DNA from: Micrococcales bacterium
GTDB taxonomy: Bacteria > Actinomycetota > Actinomycetes > Actinomycetales > CAWJMD01
Direction: 5' to 3'
Assembly (NCBI GenBank): GCA_002748415.1
Contig: PDSI01000248.1
Location: 35,567 to 99,566 of the forward strand
DNA length: 64,000 nt
Part shown: positions 52,102 through 61,633 of the stretch, in pieces
How positions within the stretch are numbered: the stretch's first letter is position 1
How the letters are laid out: the number at the start of each line of letters is the position of its first letter
Notes under the pieces: model-generated
Database searches by the model: none
Told to the model about the DNA's origin: nothing
The model's input: the letters and a program-made list of their open reading frames with translations, nothing else
Program-made: the position numbers and the translations under genes

Positions 52102-52438
52102 AACGCTCGACTGATACGGCGCTGACAGTCCTTCCGGTGCGGCCGAAAAGACCGCGCAGTCCCGCACGAGTGCTTCCTTGCCCGCACCTAGGAATCCTGG
52201 CCCGCCAGGACTCCTTCCGGTTGTCACAGCGGCATCAGTTCCGCGGCAGCGCTGCTGGGGGTAGTGCCGGGATCGCGCGCGGTGGTGGGTGAATCGACAC
52301 GCTTTGGAACGTACGTCTAGCTGTGCGGCGCGAGGCCACGCCCGTCGCCCGGTTCGACGACACATCCCGGGAAGCAGTGTGAGAAACCACTGAGCCGCAA
52401 CGGGAATGCATGCGGGTGAGCGCGTTGCCCAGGGTGAT

Positions 52439-53067
52439 CTAGGCACTCTTGCCGGCGCGTCGCTGCGCAGTGGCGAGCACGTCGTCCAGCATGTCCGGGG
52501 TGAGTCTTCCGGTGAAGGTGTTCTGCTGGCTCACGTGATAGCAGCCGAGCAGATGCAGCACCCGTCCCGTGCCATCCACGAGCTCAACTGATGCCCCGTG
52601 GCCGAACCGGGGCCGAGGACGGGGGACCTGCCATCCGACTGCGGCCAGCGTCGACAGGAGTGTGTTCCAGGCAAAGCCGCCGAGTGCCACGACGACGCGT
52701 AGGGAAACCAACAGCTCGATCTCGCGGCGCAGGAATGGCGCGCAGGTATCGCGTTCCGCTGGGGCGGGCCGGTTCTGCGGCGGCGCACAGTGCACGGGTG
52801 CAGTCATGCGCACGCCGTGCAGCCTCATCCCGTCCGTCCGCGATACCGAAACCGGTTGTGAGGCAAGGCCAGCCCGGTGCAACAGGGCGAAGAGAAAGTC
52901 CCCGGACCGATCACCGGTGAACATGCGGCCCGCTTCTGCTGTCCCACGTGTTCGCGCCAGCTCATCAAGCGCGGGCATGCCTTGCATCCGGTCACCAGTG
53001 CATCGAGGGACGCAAGGTCTGTGGCCTGCCTGGCCTGCTCAGGGGTGCACGGGCCGGTGACAGTCAT
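52439..53067 (-). pseudogene. udgB: Family-5 uracil-DNA glycosylase (UdgB-like) with an internal out-of-frame deletion
   Basis: The N-terminal Fe-S region LVTGCKACPRLMSWREHVGQQKRA is in one frame (from ATG 53067). GRMFTGDRSGDFLF...APPQNRP...GCYHVSQQNTFTGRLT is in another, joined at ~52930. The GLAPAxHGxNRTG-type motif expected between them is absent. Confidence 0.55.
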
Positions 53068-53372
53068 CCAGCCACCCACGCTGCGAGCAACAACGCGAAA
53101 AGGCATACCCGGGTGGTGATCACCGGGCGGTCCGAGTGAGATCCTATCGACGACCGCCCTACCTGCAGACCAATCGTGTTGACCGTTGTCGTTCTGTGCA
53201 TACGGCACTCCTCTGCTGCTGGTGGATCCTCGCACGGAGTTTGACAAAAGAGGAGTGGCGTTGACGCCAGGCTTTCGCGTCCCGTCGGGTAGATCGAAGA
53301 GCGCCAGGTACGCCTACCCGTGTCGTCTGTTCCTCATGTGAGCGCCGCTTCTTCGGCCTAAGAGGGGATCCG

Positions 53373-53897
53373 ATGCCACGGGCCACGGTAGGGACCTTGT
53401 CGCGGCTGTGGCAAGGTAGGCCGATGCCGAATCAGCACGCGTACGTGGGGGTGATCGGGCCTGGCGAGGCCCAGGACCAGCACCTGCAGGCCGCCTACCA
53501 GGTGGGCCGGTTGTTGGCAGAGCGTGGCGTTGTCGTCGTGACCGGGGGCCTAGGCGGCGTCATGCACGAAGCCAGCAAAGGGGCAGCTGAAGCACTGGGA
53601 CTAACCGTCGGTCTGCTACCCGGCCCGGATCGTTCCGCGGCCAGCCGGTGGGTCACGGTCGCTATCCCGACTGGACTCGGCGAGATGCGCAATGCCCTGC
53701 TGGTCCGCTCGTGCGACGCCATCGTCGCGGTCGGCTGCAGTTGGGGAACTCTCAGCGAGATCGCGCTCGCTGTCCGCACCGGTGTGCCGGTCATTGCGTT
53801 GGACTGCTGGCAGCTGCCGAACGACGGCCCGATTCCGGCGGCCGATCCGCACGACGCCGTGGCCGCCGTGGATCGAGTGCTGCGACGGTACGAATGA
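53373..53897 (+). CDS. TIGR00725/LOG-like Rossmann-fold protein
   Basis: VGVIGPG..., VVVTGGLGGVMHEASKGA, and IAVGCSWGTLSEIALA (a PGGxGTxxE-like motif). The real start is probably ATG 53424. Confidence 0.6.
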   Translation: MPRATVGTLSRLWQGRPMPNQHAYVGVIGPGEAQDQHLQAAYQVGRLLAERGVVVVTGGLGGVMHEASKGAAEALGLTVGLLPGPDRSAASRWVTVAIPTGLGEMRNALLVRSCDAIVAVGCSWGTLSEIALAVRTGVPVIALDCWQLPNDGPIPAADPHDAVAAVDRVLRRYE

Positions 53898-54306
53898 TCT
53901 CAGCCGGACAACGTTTCGCGGATATCGCGGACGGTACGCGCGCCCCACCCGCAGCCTGACCGTTGTTGAGCCCCGGCGCCTCGCTCCGGGTTTCGCCGGG
54001 TGCAGGCGTACGCCGGCGTGGCACCTGCCTGGTCATCCTCGCGCCAGGGGAGCAGCAGTCGATGGCACGCGTGCGGGTGGGGTGAGCCATGGCTGCATTG
54101 CGGAGTTCGACCACGGGTGCCTGCCAGGAGCGTATGCGAAGGGAAAAGGCACTTCGTCTCCGCCGATCGGTCAGCGTTGCTGAGCTGGCATCACCCGATC
54201 GGCCTATCAAGCCCGGCCGATCAGTGGACGAGACCGCGGCGACACGTTGGGTGAACTAAGTGACGCTGGCGACGAGTCCGTCGTGGCCGCAGAGGGAAGG
54301 ACAACC

Positions 54307-54960
54307 ATGGCTTTTCACCAGGCTGGTACCAATGATCAGTGGCAGTCGACCAACCCCACCGACAACCTCCAACCCCAGCAACGCAGCTGGCCCTCCCGGC
54401 ATAAGGCTTTGACCGCTGTCCTTGCCGTCGTCGGTTTCTTCCTCAGTATCGGCGTTCTTAGTGCCGCGCTCGGTGGAGGTTCGGGCGATGACGCCGTTGC
54501 TGCAGGCTTTGGTGCTGCTGAGACCAGTGAGGCAAGTCAGCCGAAGCCTGCGGGCGAGAAAAGCACCGCGGGTGTGGGCGACAAAGTGCGGGACGGCAAC
54601 TTCGAGTTCGTGGTGACCAAGGTCGAGGAGGGCGGCACTCGCATCGGCGATGAGTTTCTCAACGAGGAGGCGCAGGGCGTCTTCCAGCTGGTGCATGTCA
54701 CAATCACCAACACCAGCGACCAGCCACAGATGGTGAGCGACAGCAACCAGATGGTGAAGGACCAGGAGGGGCGGCAGTTCGCGCCCGACTCAGCGGCAGC
54801 CATCCTGCTGGACAACAACGCCCTGTGGATCGAGGAGATCAACCCCGGAAACACACTTAACGGGACCCTAGTTTACGACATGCCCGCGGACAGCAAGCCG
54901 ACAGCGATCGAACTGCACGACTCGATGATGTCCGGCGGTGTCACTGTCTCGTTGAAGTAG
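54307..54960 (+). CDS. Membrane-anchored DUF4352-domain protein
   Basis: The ATG is preceded by GGGAAGGA. One TM segment (ALTAVLAVVGFFLSIGVLSAAL), a low-complexity linker, then GDKVRDGNFEFVVTKVEEG...GVFQLVHVTITNTSDQP...INPGNTLNGTLVYDMP, typical of DUF4352. Confidence 0.65.
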   Translation: MAFHQAGTNDQWQSTNPTDNLQPQQRSWPSRHKALTAVLAVVGFFLSIGVLSAALGGGSGDDAVAAGFGAAETSEASQPKPAGEKSTAGVGDKVRDGNFEFVVTKVEEGGTRIGDEFLNEEAQGVFQLVHVTITNTSDQPQMVSDSNQMVKDQEGRQFAPDSAAAILLDNNALWIEEINPGNTLNGTLVYDMPADSKPTAIELHDSMMSGGVTVSLK

Positions 54961-55792
54961 AGTAGGACCTGTCGTTAGGGCTTCTTGCAGGCCCGCCTGG
55001 GATGTCTGGTTCAGATCTATGAATAGAATTCTGCCTGAATGGTCTTGACCATCGACGACGACTTGTTTTCGTGGAAGCCTCCAACTGTGCTCGCTTCTTG
55101 GTGGCCGCAAATGAGCAGACAGGACAGCTGGCGAAGTCATGCCGTTGGGCGGGACAATATTCTCGCCCGAAATAGATGATCTGCAGGTGCCTGCGGTTCC
55201 AGGTGTCTCGCGGAAAGGCTTTCTTCAAGTCTGCTTCGATCTTGGTGACATTGGCGCTTGTGGACAATCCCCAGCGTTGGGCCAGCCGCGCTATGTGCGT
55301 GTCAACGGGGAACGCAGGCACCCCGAACGCCTGCGTCATGACCACGCTGGCGGTCTTGTGTCCGACACCGGCCAGGCTTTCCAAGAAGTCCCAGTCCGCG
55401 ATCAGGGCGCCACCCGCATCGATGATCTGACCGGCTGCGGTCCACACGTTGCGTGCCTTGGTGGGCGCCAGCCCGACATCGTGAATCAGCTCCAGGATGC
55501 GCTCCTGCCCCAACTCGTACATCTGCTCGGGAGTGGATGCGAGCTCGAACAACGCGGGTGTGACCTCGTTGACCTTCTTGTCGGTGGTCTGCGCGGACAA
55601 GGCCACCGCAACGAGCAGCGTGTAGGGGTCGTGGTGATACAGCGGAATCGACGGTTCCGGGTACAAGTCGTCCAGGATGGCGCCGATTCGCTTCACCTTC
55701 TCCGCGCGTCGCACAGGAGCACAGTAACCGTTCGGGCAGGCCGCGGTGACCTCGACGGTCAGCTGACCCCGGTCACGGAGTCGAGTTCGCAC
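54941..55792 (-). CDS. nth: Endonuclease III (Nth)-like HhH-GPD DNA glycosylase/lyase
   Basis: LLVAVALSAQTTDKKVNEVTPALF, HhH-GPD LAGVGHKTASVVMTQAFG (catalytic Lys) and VDTHIARL (Asp). The C-terminal Cys cluster is atypical (C-x9-C-x2-C). The start may be an internal GTG. Confidence 0.75.
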   Translation of the reverse strand: MRTRLRDRGQLTVEVTAACPNGYCAPVRRAEKVKRIGAILDDLYPEPSIPLYHHDPYTLLVAVALSAQTTDKKVNEVTPALFELASTPEQMYELGQERILELIHDVGLAPTKARNVWTAAGQIIDAGGALIADWDFLESLAGVGHKTASVVMTQAFGVPAFPVDTHIARLAQRWGLSTSANVTKIEADLKKAFPRDTWNRRHLQIIYFGREYCPAQRHDFASCPVCSFAATKKRAQLEASTKTSRRRWSRPFRQNSIHRSEPDIPGGPARSPNDRSYSTSTRQ

Positions 55793-55922
55793 GTTCCGAG
55801 CCGCGCGGCATGGTGCGTCGCAACGAGTGCGTCATGTCGTGACGATCGTCCTGGTCCAAGGCCGTCACGATCCGGGCCTCGCCGGCCAGCCCACGTCGCA
55901 GACCATGCCCAGGCCGGTGAAG

Positions 55923-57506
55923 CTAGTTGCGCTCGGACACCGCTTCGGCGGCTCGCTCGGCCAGCGTTACGCCGACCCCCTGGTAGACCTGCACCGCCGC
56001 ATCCACCCCCAACTCGTGCATCTCGGATTGTTGGTCCTCGTACTGCACGACGGTGGCGACCACCCCGTTGAAATCGGAGTCGCGTAGCTTTCTCAACACC
56101 TCGAGGTTGGTGGCATGCAGCGGCATCGCCAGCACCGCGATCTCGATTCTGCCGGTCAGCTGTAGCCGGTCCCAGAAATCGGTGTCGGTGGCGTCGGCGT
56201 CGACCACGTGGAAAAGCTGCTGTTTGAGGCTCTGCACCCGGGCGGCGTCGCTTTCCACTCCCAGTACCGGGATTCCGTATCCGTCGCGCAGTTCCCGGTA
56301 GGCGGCGCGCCCGACCGGGCCCATGCCAAGGACCACGGCTCGCGCGTCGCCCACCTCGATGGGACGTTCATGCGGGTGCACTTTGTCCGGTGGATGCGGC
56401 GACATCCGCTCCCGGGCGGAGTTCAACGCGTATCGATTCGCGCGGTTGAGCACGCTGGACAGCACGAAGCTGCCCGCTACCGCCACCGACATGGCCACCA
56501 GCCATTGATCGTCGACCATGCCGGCCTCGGCACCGATCGCGACGACGATCAGTCCGAACTCGGAGTAGTTGCCCAGTACGAGCCCACCCAGGACGGCCGT
56601 CCGCCGCCGCAGCTTCTGCCAGTACAGCAACCACACGAACCCGACGACCTTGAGCGGTAGAAGCCCGAGCGCGGCCAGTCCCAGCGTGGCTGCCTGCCAG
56701 GACGGGTCGCCGGTGAACCCGATCGAGAGGAAGAACGCCACCAGGAGCAGTTCCTTGACGGAGAACAACTGTTGGGACAGTTCGCTGGCCGAGCGATGCC
56801 CGGCGAGCAAGACGCCCACCGCGAGGGCCCCCAGATCACCCTTGATATGCACGCTCTCGAAGGCCAGGTACCCGGGTACGAGCGCGATCATGATGCCGAA
56901 GACGGTCTGCATCTCTCCGTGCGGCACCATGTCCCAGATCCGGCGGACAACTATCGCGCCAGGGATCAGCGCGATCAGCAGCAGTGCCCATGGCGAAGGA
57001 ACCGACCCCTTGCCGACGGTGAGGAACGCGACCGCGGCGATGTCCTGGAAGATGAGGATGCCGATGGCGATCCGGCCGTAGAAGGATCGCGCATCGCTGT
57101 GTTCCTCCAGTGTTTTGAGCACAAACACGGTGGAGGAGAACGACAGTGCGAACCCCAACAGGGCGCAGGTGGCCAGATCGAGGTCGGCCAGGAGCCCGAC
57201 ACTGAGCAAGCCGATGAGCGCCAGCCCACCGCCCGCCATGACGGTGAACACGATCATGTGGATGGATGCGGTCAGCCACACCTCACGCGCCAGCAGCGAT
57301 CGCACGTCGAACTTCAGGCCGACGCCGAACAACAGCAGGGTCACACCGAGGTCGGCGGCCTCGTCCAGGAGTGGCAGCTGCTCCACCGCCATCGCGTTGA
57401 GGATGAAACCTGCTGCCAGGAAGCCGATCAGGGCGGGTAGCCGCATCAGGACGGCGGCCATCCCGGCCAGGAAGGTCACCATGAGATAAGCAGCGACCGT
57501 CTCCAT
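55923..57506 (-). CDS. Cation:proton antiporter (CPA2/Kef-type) with a C-terminal RCK/TrkA-N domain
   Basis: ATG 57506 is preceded by GGGAGGA. About 10 or more hydrophobic segments, then VVLGMGPVGRAAYRELRDGYGIPVLGVESD (a GxGxxG Rossmann fold). Confidence 0.85.
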   Translation of the reverse strand: METVAAYLMVTFLAGMAAVLMRLPALIGFLAAGFILNAMAVEQLPLLDEAADLGVTLLLFGVGLKFDVRSLLAREVWLTASIHMIVFTVMAGGGLALIGLLSVGLLADLDLATCALLGFALSFSSTVFVLKTLEEHSDARSFYGRIAIGILIFQDIAAVAFLTVGKGSVPSPWALLLIALIPGAIVVRRIWDMVPHGEMQTVFGIMIALVPGYLAFESVHIKGDLGALAVGVLLAGHRSASELSQQLFSVKELLLVAFFLSIGFTGDPSWQAATLGLAALGLLPLKVVGFVWLLYWQKLRRRTAVLGGLVLGNYSEFGLIVVAIGAEAGMVDDQWLVAMSVAVAGSFVLSSVLNRANRYALNSARERMSPHPPDKVHPHERPIEVGDARAVVLGMGPVGRAAYRELRDGYGIPVLGVESDAARVQSLKQQLFHVVDADATDTDFWDRLQLTGRIEIAVLAMPLHATNLEVLRKLRDSDFNGVVATVVQYEDQQSEMHELGVDAAVQVYQGVGVTLAERAAEAVSERN

Positions 57507-57600
57507 GGATTCATCCTCCCACGCGTTCTCGCGCCAGCACTCGACTTCGCAGCCAACCGTGGAGTTGCTCCGACGGGGTCGAACTCGTGTCGGCGTGCTG

Positions 57601-58500
57601 TTACCGGCTGGAGCCGGCGCGGTCCAGCCCGTGCAACACCGTCGCAACAGCGGAGATGAGGAAAGCGCCGGATACGCCGATGCTGAGCAGGCCGATCGCG
57701 CCGAGTGCAGCGGTGTGGCTGCCGATGCCGTACAGGCCGATGGCGATGGCGCCGACCGCAACAGCAGCGCTGCCAGACAGTGCCGCCGCCAGGTACCACG
57801 GCCAGCGCAGCAGCCAGCGTATCCCGGTGCTTGCGTGCGGATCGGCCCGTTGCACGACGGCTGCCGCCGCCAGCGCCACTCCGGCCCACGTCATGCATAC
57901 CGTGATCGCCGTGACCGCATCGCTGGGGCGGTGCCAGCCACCGGCTACGACAGCCGTTCCCACCAGCGTTGTCAGCGCGCTGGCGGCGAACACGGTCAGC
58001 CAGCGACCGACCCGCGGGGCGACGATGAGTGCGGCACAGGCCAGCGACACCACCACGGTGGTGTGCCCGCTGGGCAACGACTGCAGTGTGCCGTATCCGA
58101 AGTTCGTGCGTTCGAACACCTGGTACTTCAGCACCTGGGTGGTCACGTTGGCCAGCCCGACCACCAGGGCGGCGGCAAACGCGTGCGCCCAACGACGCCG
58201 CAACGCGGCGAATACCAGGCAACCGAGGAGAGCCAGTGCGGCGGCACCGACGGTCACCGTCTCCAGGGCAGTGACCATCTGCTCAGCGACATCGGTGGGC
58301 ACGGCAACCGACCGCATCGCGGTTTGGTCGCGGCTCTGCCACTGCGGGTCGGTCAGCACCAGGTCTGCGACCAGCCACGTCGTCGCGGCTGCCACTGCGG
58401 CCATCAACGTACCCGCCACCGCGGTCACGACACGACACATGAGGTCGTTGTGGCTGGCGGACGGGACGGCGGCTGAGGCGAGGGTCTGGGATGAGGTCAT
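57601..58500 (-). CDS. PAP2-family membrane phosphatase
   Basis: Motifs VLKYQVFERTNF (KxxxxxxR), LPSGHT and GGWHRPSDA (HxxxD) within a polytopic protein. Start chosen at ATG 58500; the ORF is open to 58560. Confidence 0.7.
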   Translation of the reverse strand: MTSSQTLASAAVPSASHNDLMCRVVTAVAGTLMAAVAAATTWLVADLVLTDPQWQSRDQTAMRSVAVPTDVAEQMVTALETVTVGAAALALLGCLVFAALRRRWAHAFAAALVVGLANVTTQVLKYQVFERTNFGYGTLQSLPSGHTTVVVSLACAALIVAPRVGRWLTVFAASALTTLVGTAVVAGGWHRPSDAVTAITVCMTWAGVALAAAAVVQRADPHASTGIRWLLRWPWYLAAALSGSAAVAVGAIAIGLYGIGSHTAALGAIGLLSIGVSGAFLISAVATVLHGLDRAGSSR

Positions 58501-58676
58501 CGCGGTCAGGTAGACGCAGTGGGTAAAGCGGGCGCGGGCATCTCTACCAGGATGCCGCATCGCCGTCGCGTTAGTGTGGACTGCAACGGCATTGTGTCGT
58601 CTGCCGGTTGTGGGCCTACAGTGCGGTTGCCACCACCGGCGCTGTCAACCGGGTTAGTCTGCTTTGGAGGCCTTCG

Positions 58677-60407
58677 TTGCGTTCGCCACGCGCCACGTCA
58701 TCGGCGCTCTGTGCCGTGCTGGTCGGTGCCCTGGCACTGTCCGCGTGTACCGCGCAGGAGCAGAAGAGTCCCCCGGCGGAGGCGGGCGGCACCGCCACGC
58801 CGGTGCGAGGTGCGGTCGCCGTCGCGGCTGAGCGGGAGCCCACCTCCTACAACGACAACCTGTCCACCGAGCACCACCCACGCAACGCCGTGCTGCTGAA
58901 CCAGGTGCTCACCGGCTTCTGGCGTTACGGCCCGGAGGGCACGGTGGAGTGGAACGCCGAATTCGGCTCGGTCCGCAAACTCCAGGACGAGCCATTGTCG
59001 GTGCGCTACCGGGTCGGGCAGAACGTGGCCTGGTCCGACGGCACCCCCTTCGACTGCGACGACCTGCTGCTGCACTACGTGGCCAACTCCGGCCGGTTCA
59101 CCACGGGGGAAGGAGAACAAGCCAGCAGCATGTTCGACGCGGCCACTACGACTGGGTACGAGGACATGCGTCCGCCCACGTGCCAGCCGGGGGACAAGCA
59201 AATCGACGTTTCCTACACCAAACCGTTCGCGGATTGGAACACCATGTTCGGGCCCGGCATGCTGCCGGCGCATGTCCTGGCCGCCAAGGTGGGCCTCACC
59301 GAGGAGCAGCTCGTCACCGCAATCAGCAACGGCGATCAGCAAAAGCTGGCCACGATGGCCAGCTTTTGGAACACCGGCTGGTCACTGGACCCGGCTCGAC
59401 TGGACAGCCGGGTGCTGCCCTCGTTGGGCCCGTACCGCATCGCCGACTGGCAACCCGGGCAGGCGCTGACCCTGGTGCACAACGAGAACTACTGGGACGA
59501 CCCGCCGGAGCAAACCGGGCTGGTACTGCAATTCGTGCCTGGTCACGAGCAGTCCGTTGCGCTGCACAACGGTGAAGTCCAGGTCATCGACCCGCAGCCG
59601 CAGGTGGAAATGATGGATCAGCTCGCGGCGGGCGACGATATCGTCATCGATTCCTACGACTCCTATTCCTACGAACATCTCGACTTCAATTTCAAAGGCG
59701 TGTTCGCCGACGAGCGGTTGCGGAAGGCGTTCGCGATGTGCGTCCCGCGTCAGCAGATCATCGACGAGCTGATCGCCCCGGTGCACCCGGACGCGGAACT
59801 GCTGAACTCCCGTTACCTGCGTGGTTTCTCGGACGGTTACAAGGAGGTTGTGGAGCCCACCGAGGCCAACCTGTACACGGAGCCCTACATTGCCGAAGCC
59901 AAGCGGCTGATGGCCGAGGCCGGCAAACCGGAACTGACTGTGCGGCTGGGCTACCTGAAGCCGGACCGGCGCCGCGAACAGGTGGCCCAGCTGATCACGA
60001 CCGCCTGCGCGAGAGCGGGAATCACTGTCCAGAATGCGGGATCCGAACGGTTCCTCAGCACTGCGCTGCCTGCCGGTGATTTCGACGTGGCCATGTTCAG
60101 CTGGGCAGGCGGGCCGCAAGTCACCAGCACGGCTGGGATCTTCAACACGGGCGGTGGACGTAACTTCGGTGGGTATTCCAACCCGGAGGTGGACTCCTTG
60201 GTGGACAAGCTGTTCGCCACCACGGACCAGAAGCAACAGCTGAGCATCATCGCCGACATCGAGAAGGTGCTGTGGATGCAGGTTCCGACGATACCGCTGT
60301 ACACCCACCCAAGTGTGGCGGCCTGGTCCAAGCAGGTCATCGGCGTGATCCCACAACCGGCCCGGTCGGGCATCACGTGGAATGCTCACCAATGGGAACG
60401 CGAGTAG
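58677..60407 (+). CDS. ABC-transporter solute-binding lipoprotein, family 5 (peptide/nickel type)
   Basis: A TTG start 7 nt after GGAGG. The signal peptide has the lipobox LALSAC. Its length and overall sequence character suggest SBP family 5 (Dpp/Opp-like). Confidence 0.8.
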   Translation: MRSPRATSSALCAVLVGALALSACTAQEQKSPPAEAGGTATPVRGAVAVAAEREPTSYNDNLSTEHHPRNAVLLNQVLTGFWRYGPEGTVEWNAEFGSVRKLQDEPLSVRYRVGQNVAWSDGTPFDCDDLLLHYVANSGRFTTGEGEQASSMFDAATTTGYEDMRPPTCQPGDKQIDVSYTKPFADWNTMFGPGMLPAHVLAAKVGLTEEQLVTAISNGDQQKLATMASFWNTGWSLDPARLDSRVLPSLGPYRIADWQPGQALTLVHNENYWDDPPEQTGLVLQFVPGHEQSVALHNGEVQVIDPQPQVEMMDQLAAGDDIVIDSYDSYSYEHLDFNFKGVFADERLRKAFAMCVPRQQIIDELIAPVHPDAELLNSRYLRGFSDGYKEVVEPTEANLYTEPYIAEAKRLMAEAGKPELTVRLGYLKPDRRREQVAQLITTACARAGITVQNAGSERFLSTALPAGDFDVAMFSWAGGPQVTSTAGIFNTGGGRNFGGYSNPEVDSLVDKLFATTDQKQQLSIIADIEKVLWMQVPTIPLYTHPSVAAWSKQVIGVIPQPARSGITWNAHQWERE

Positions 60408-60416
60408 GGCAACCCG

Positions 60417-60920
60417 GTGCAACGGCAACCGGACACGGTCGACGAGCAGCCCCGGGTTGTGGTGGCCGCGGCCATCGTCGACGATCTGGACCGGCCACGA
60501 ACCCTGTTGGCGGCCCGGCGATCCGCGCCACCGAGCTTGGCCGGCCGCTGGGAGTTCCCCGGCGGGAAGATGGAGCCGGGCGAGTCGGCGTTGGCCGCGC
60601 TGGATCGAGAACTGAACGAGGAATTGGGGATTAGTGCGGCGTACGGACCGGAGATCGTTGCCAGCCATTCTCCGTCCGGTTGGCCGCTGACCGTGACCGA
60701 CGCCGGCCGGTCCCTGGTCATGCGGCTATGGCTGGCTCGGGTTTGTCAGGGCGAGCTCACCCCGCGGGAGGACCACGACGAGCTGCGGGCCATCGATATT
60801 CGCCGCTGGCGCGAGCTGGACTGGTTGCCGGGGGACCGCCCGGCGCTGGCTGTGCTGCAACGCCGATGCGGGATGGGCTTCGCTCCCGATCAGTCGCCAC
60901 GCGGCCGCCCAAGAAGGTAA
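60417..60920 (+). CDS. NUDIX hydrolase (MutT-like)
   Basis: Nudix box GGKMEPGESALAALDRELNEELG (Gx5Ex7REUxEExGU). Confidence 0.85.
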   Translation: MQRQPDTVDEQPRVVVAAAIVDDLDRPRTLLAARRSAPPSLAGRWEFPGGKMEPGESALAALDRELNEELGISAAYGPEIVASHSPSGWPLTVTDAGRSLVMRLWLARVCQGELTPREDHDELRAIDIRRWRELDWLPGDRPALAVLQRRCGMGFAPDQSPRGRPRR

Positions 60921-61633
60921 GGCACAATTCCGGTCCGCCAGACAATAAACCCAGTGTTCGTCCCGGAACAGCGGTAGCCGGGGCCACGCCAGAATCTTGG
61001 CTCAGCTGTGCACAAATCCACGGTCTCTGTGAATTGCACGGTATGACGCGTCAAAGGATGCAGCCCGACGACGAGCCGACACGAGAATGACGACGACGAG
61101 AACTCCACCAGTCGACCGAGACCGGCGACCCATCCCGCTGAGGTTGCCCACCATCCGCCCCCACAAGACCTCCACCGGCTCGTTGCGCAAGAGGCATCGG
61201 AGTCCAGATGTCCGGGAGAACGGCTAGCCCAGAGTATGAGTACCTCATCCTCAAGTAGGAGGCGACGCTGTCCGCTCGCCGTCCATTTGTTGTCATCGAC
61301 CCGCTCGGGTGTGGGAAGCAGAAGATCGCCGTCTGCGCATCGTCGGCAACCAAGTAGGAAGGCATCTAGGGTCGGCAGCAGGGGGGCTTCACGCTGCTGG
61401 ACGGGCTTGTGTCGAGACGTGGTAGTTCATACGAGGGTCGGTAGTCCCGTCGAGGGCTGCTCGGGCATACTCAGGTCGGTAGCGAGTTGATTGGACGAAG
61501 TCGCGCGGGAGGTGAAGAGCGGGGGTTGAGTAGCCTGCCTGACCAGGGCGGGTTCGTGGTTCTTTCATGTTGGAGAGGCGGTTGAAGATATCTCTCCTCG
61601 TAGGCGAGCGCGGCGAATGAGCAGGAGTAAGAT

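Larger units (their letters stand above)
46412..52299 (+). mobile_element. IS3-family insertion sequence (~1.4 kb of its own DNA), interrupted twice by other elements
   Basis: orfA and orfB in a -1 arrangement with a slippery heptamer. orfB is split at ~47431/50920 and ~51130/52099. Tentative imperfect TGT...ACA ends: TGTGGAGTGCCCCC at 46412 and GGGTGAATCGACA ending at 52299. The left end could instead be ~46442 and the right end ~52121. No target duplication was found. Confidence 0.6.

Noticed and set aside
52190-52222. Imperfect hairpin GGAATCCTGG-CCCG-CCAGGACTCC as a terminator
   Set aside because: It has one mismatch and no T-tract, and it lies inside the presumed IS3 right arm. The evidence is not sufficient to call a feature.
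52050-52292. The 80-aa ORF as an independent gene
   Set aside because: Its first part is the IS5 terminal repeat. The rest is in frame with the interrupted IS3 orfB and is best read as that gene's displaced tail or the IS3 end region.
57507-57761. The upstream 85 codons of ORF 55923-57761(-)
   Set aside because: They overlap the PAP2 gene's 3' end and are non-hydrophobic, Ser/Ala/Pro-rich sequence. ATG 57506 has a GGGAGGA RBS and begins the first TM helix.
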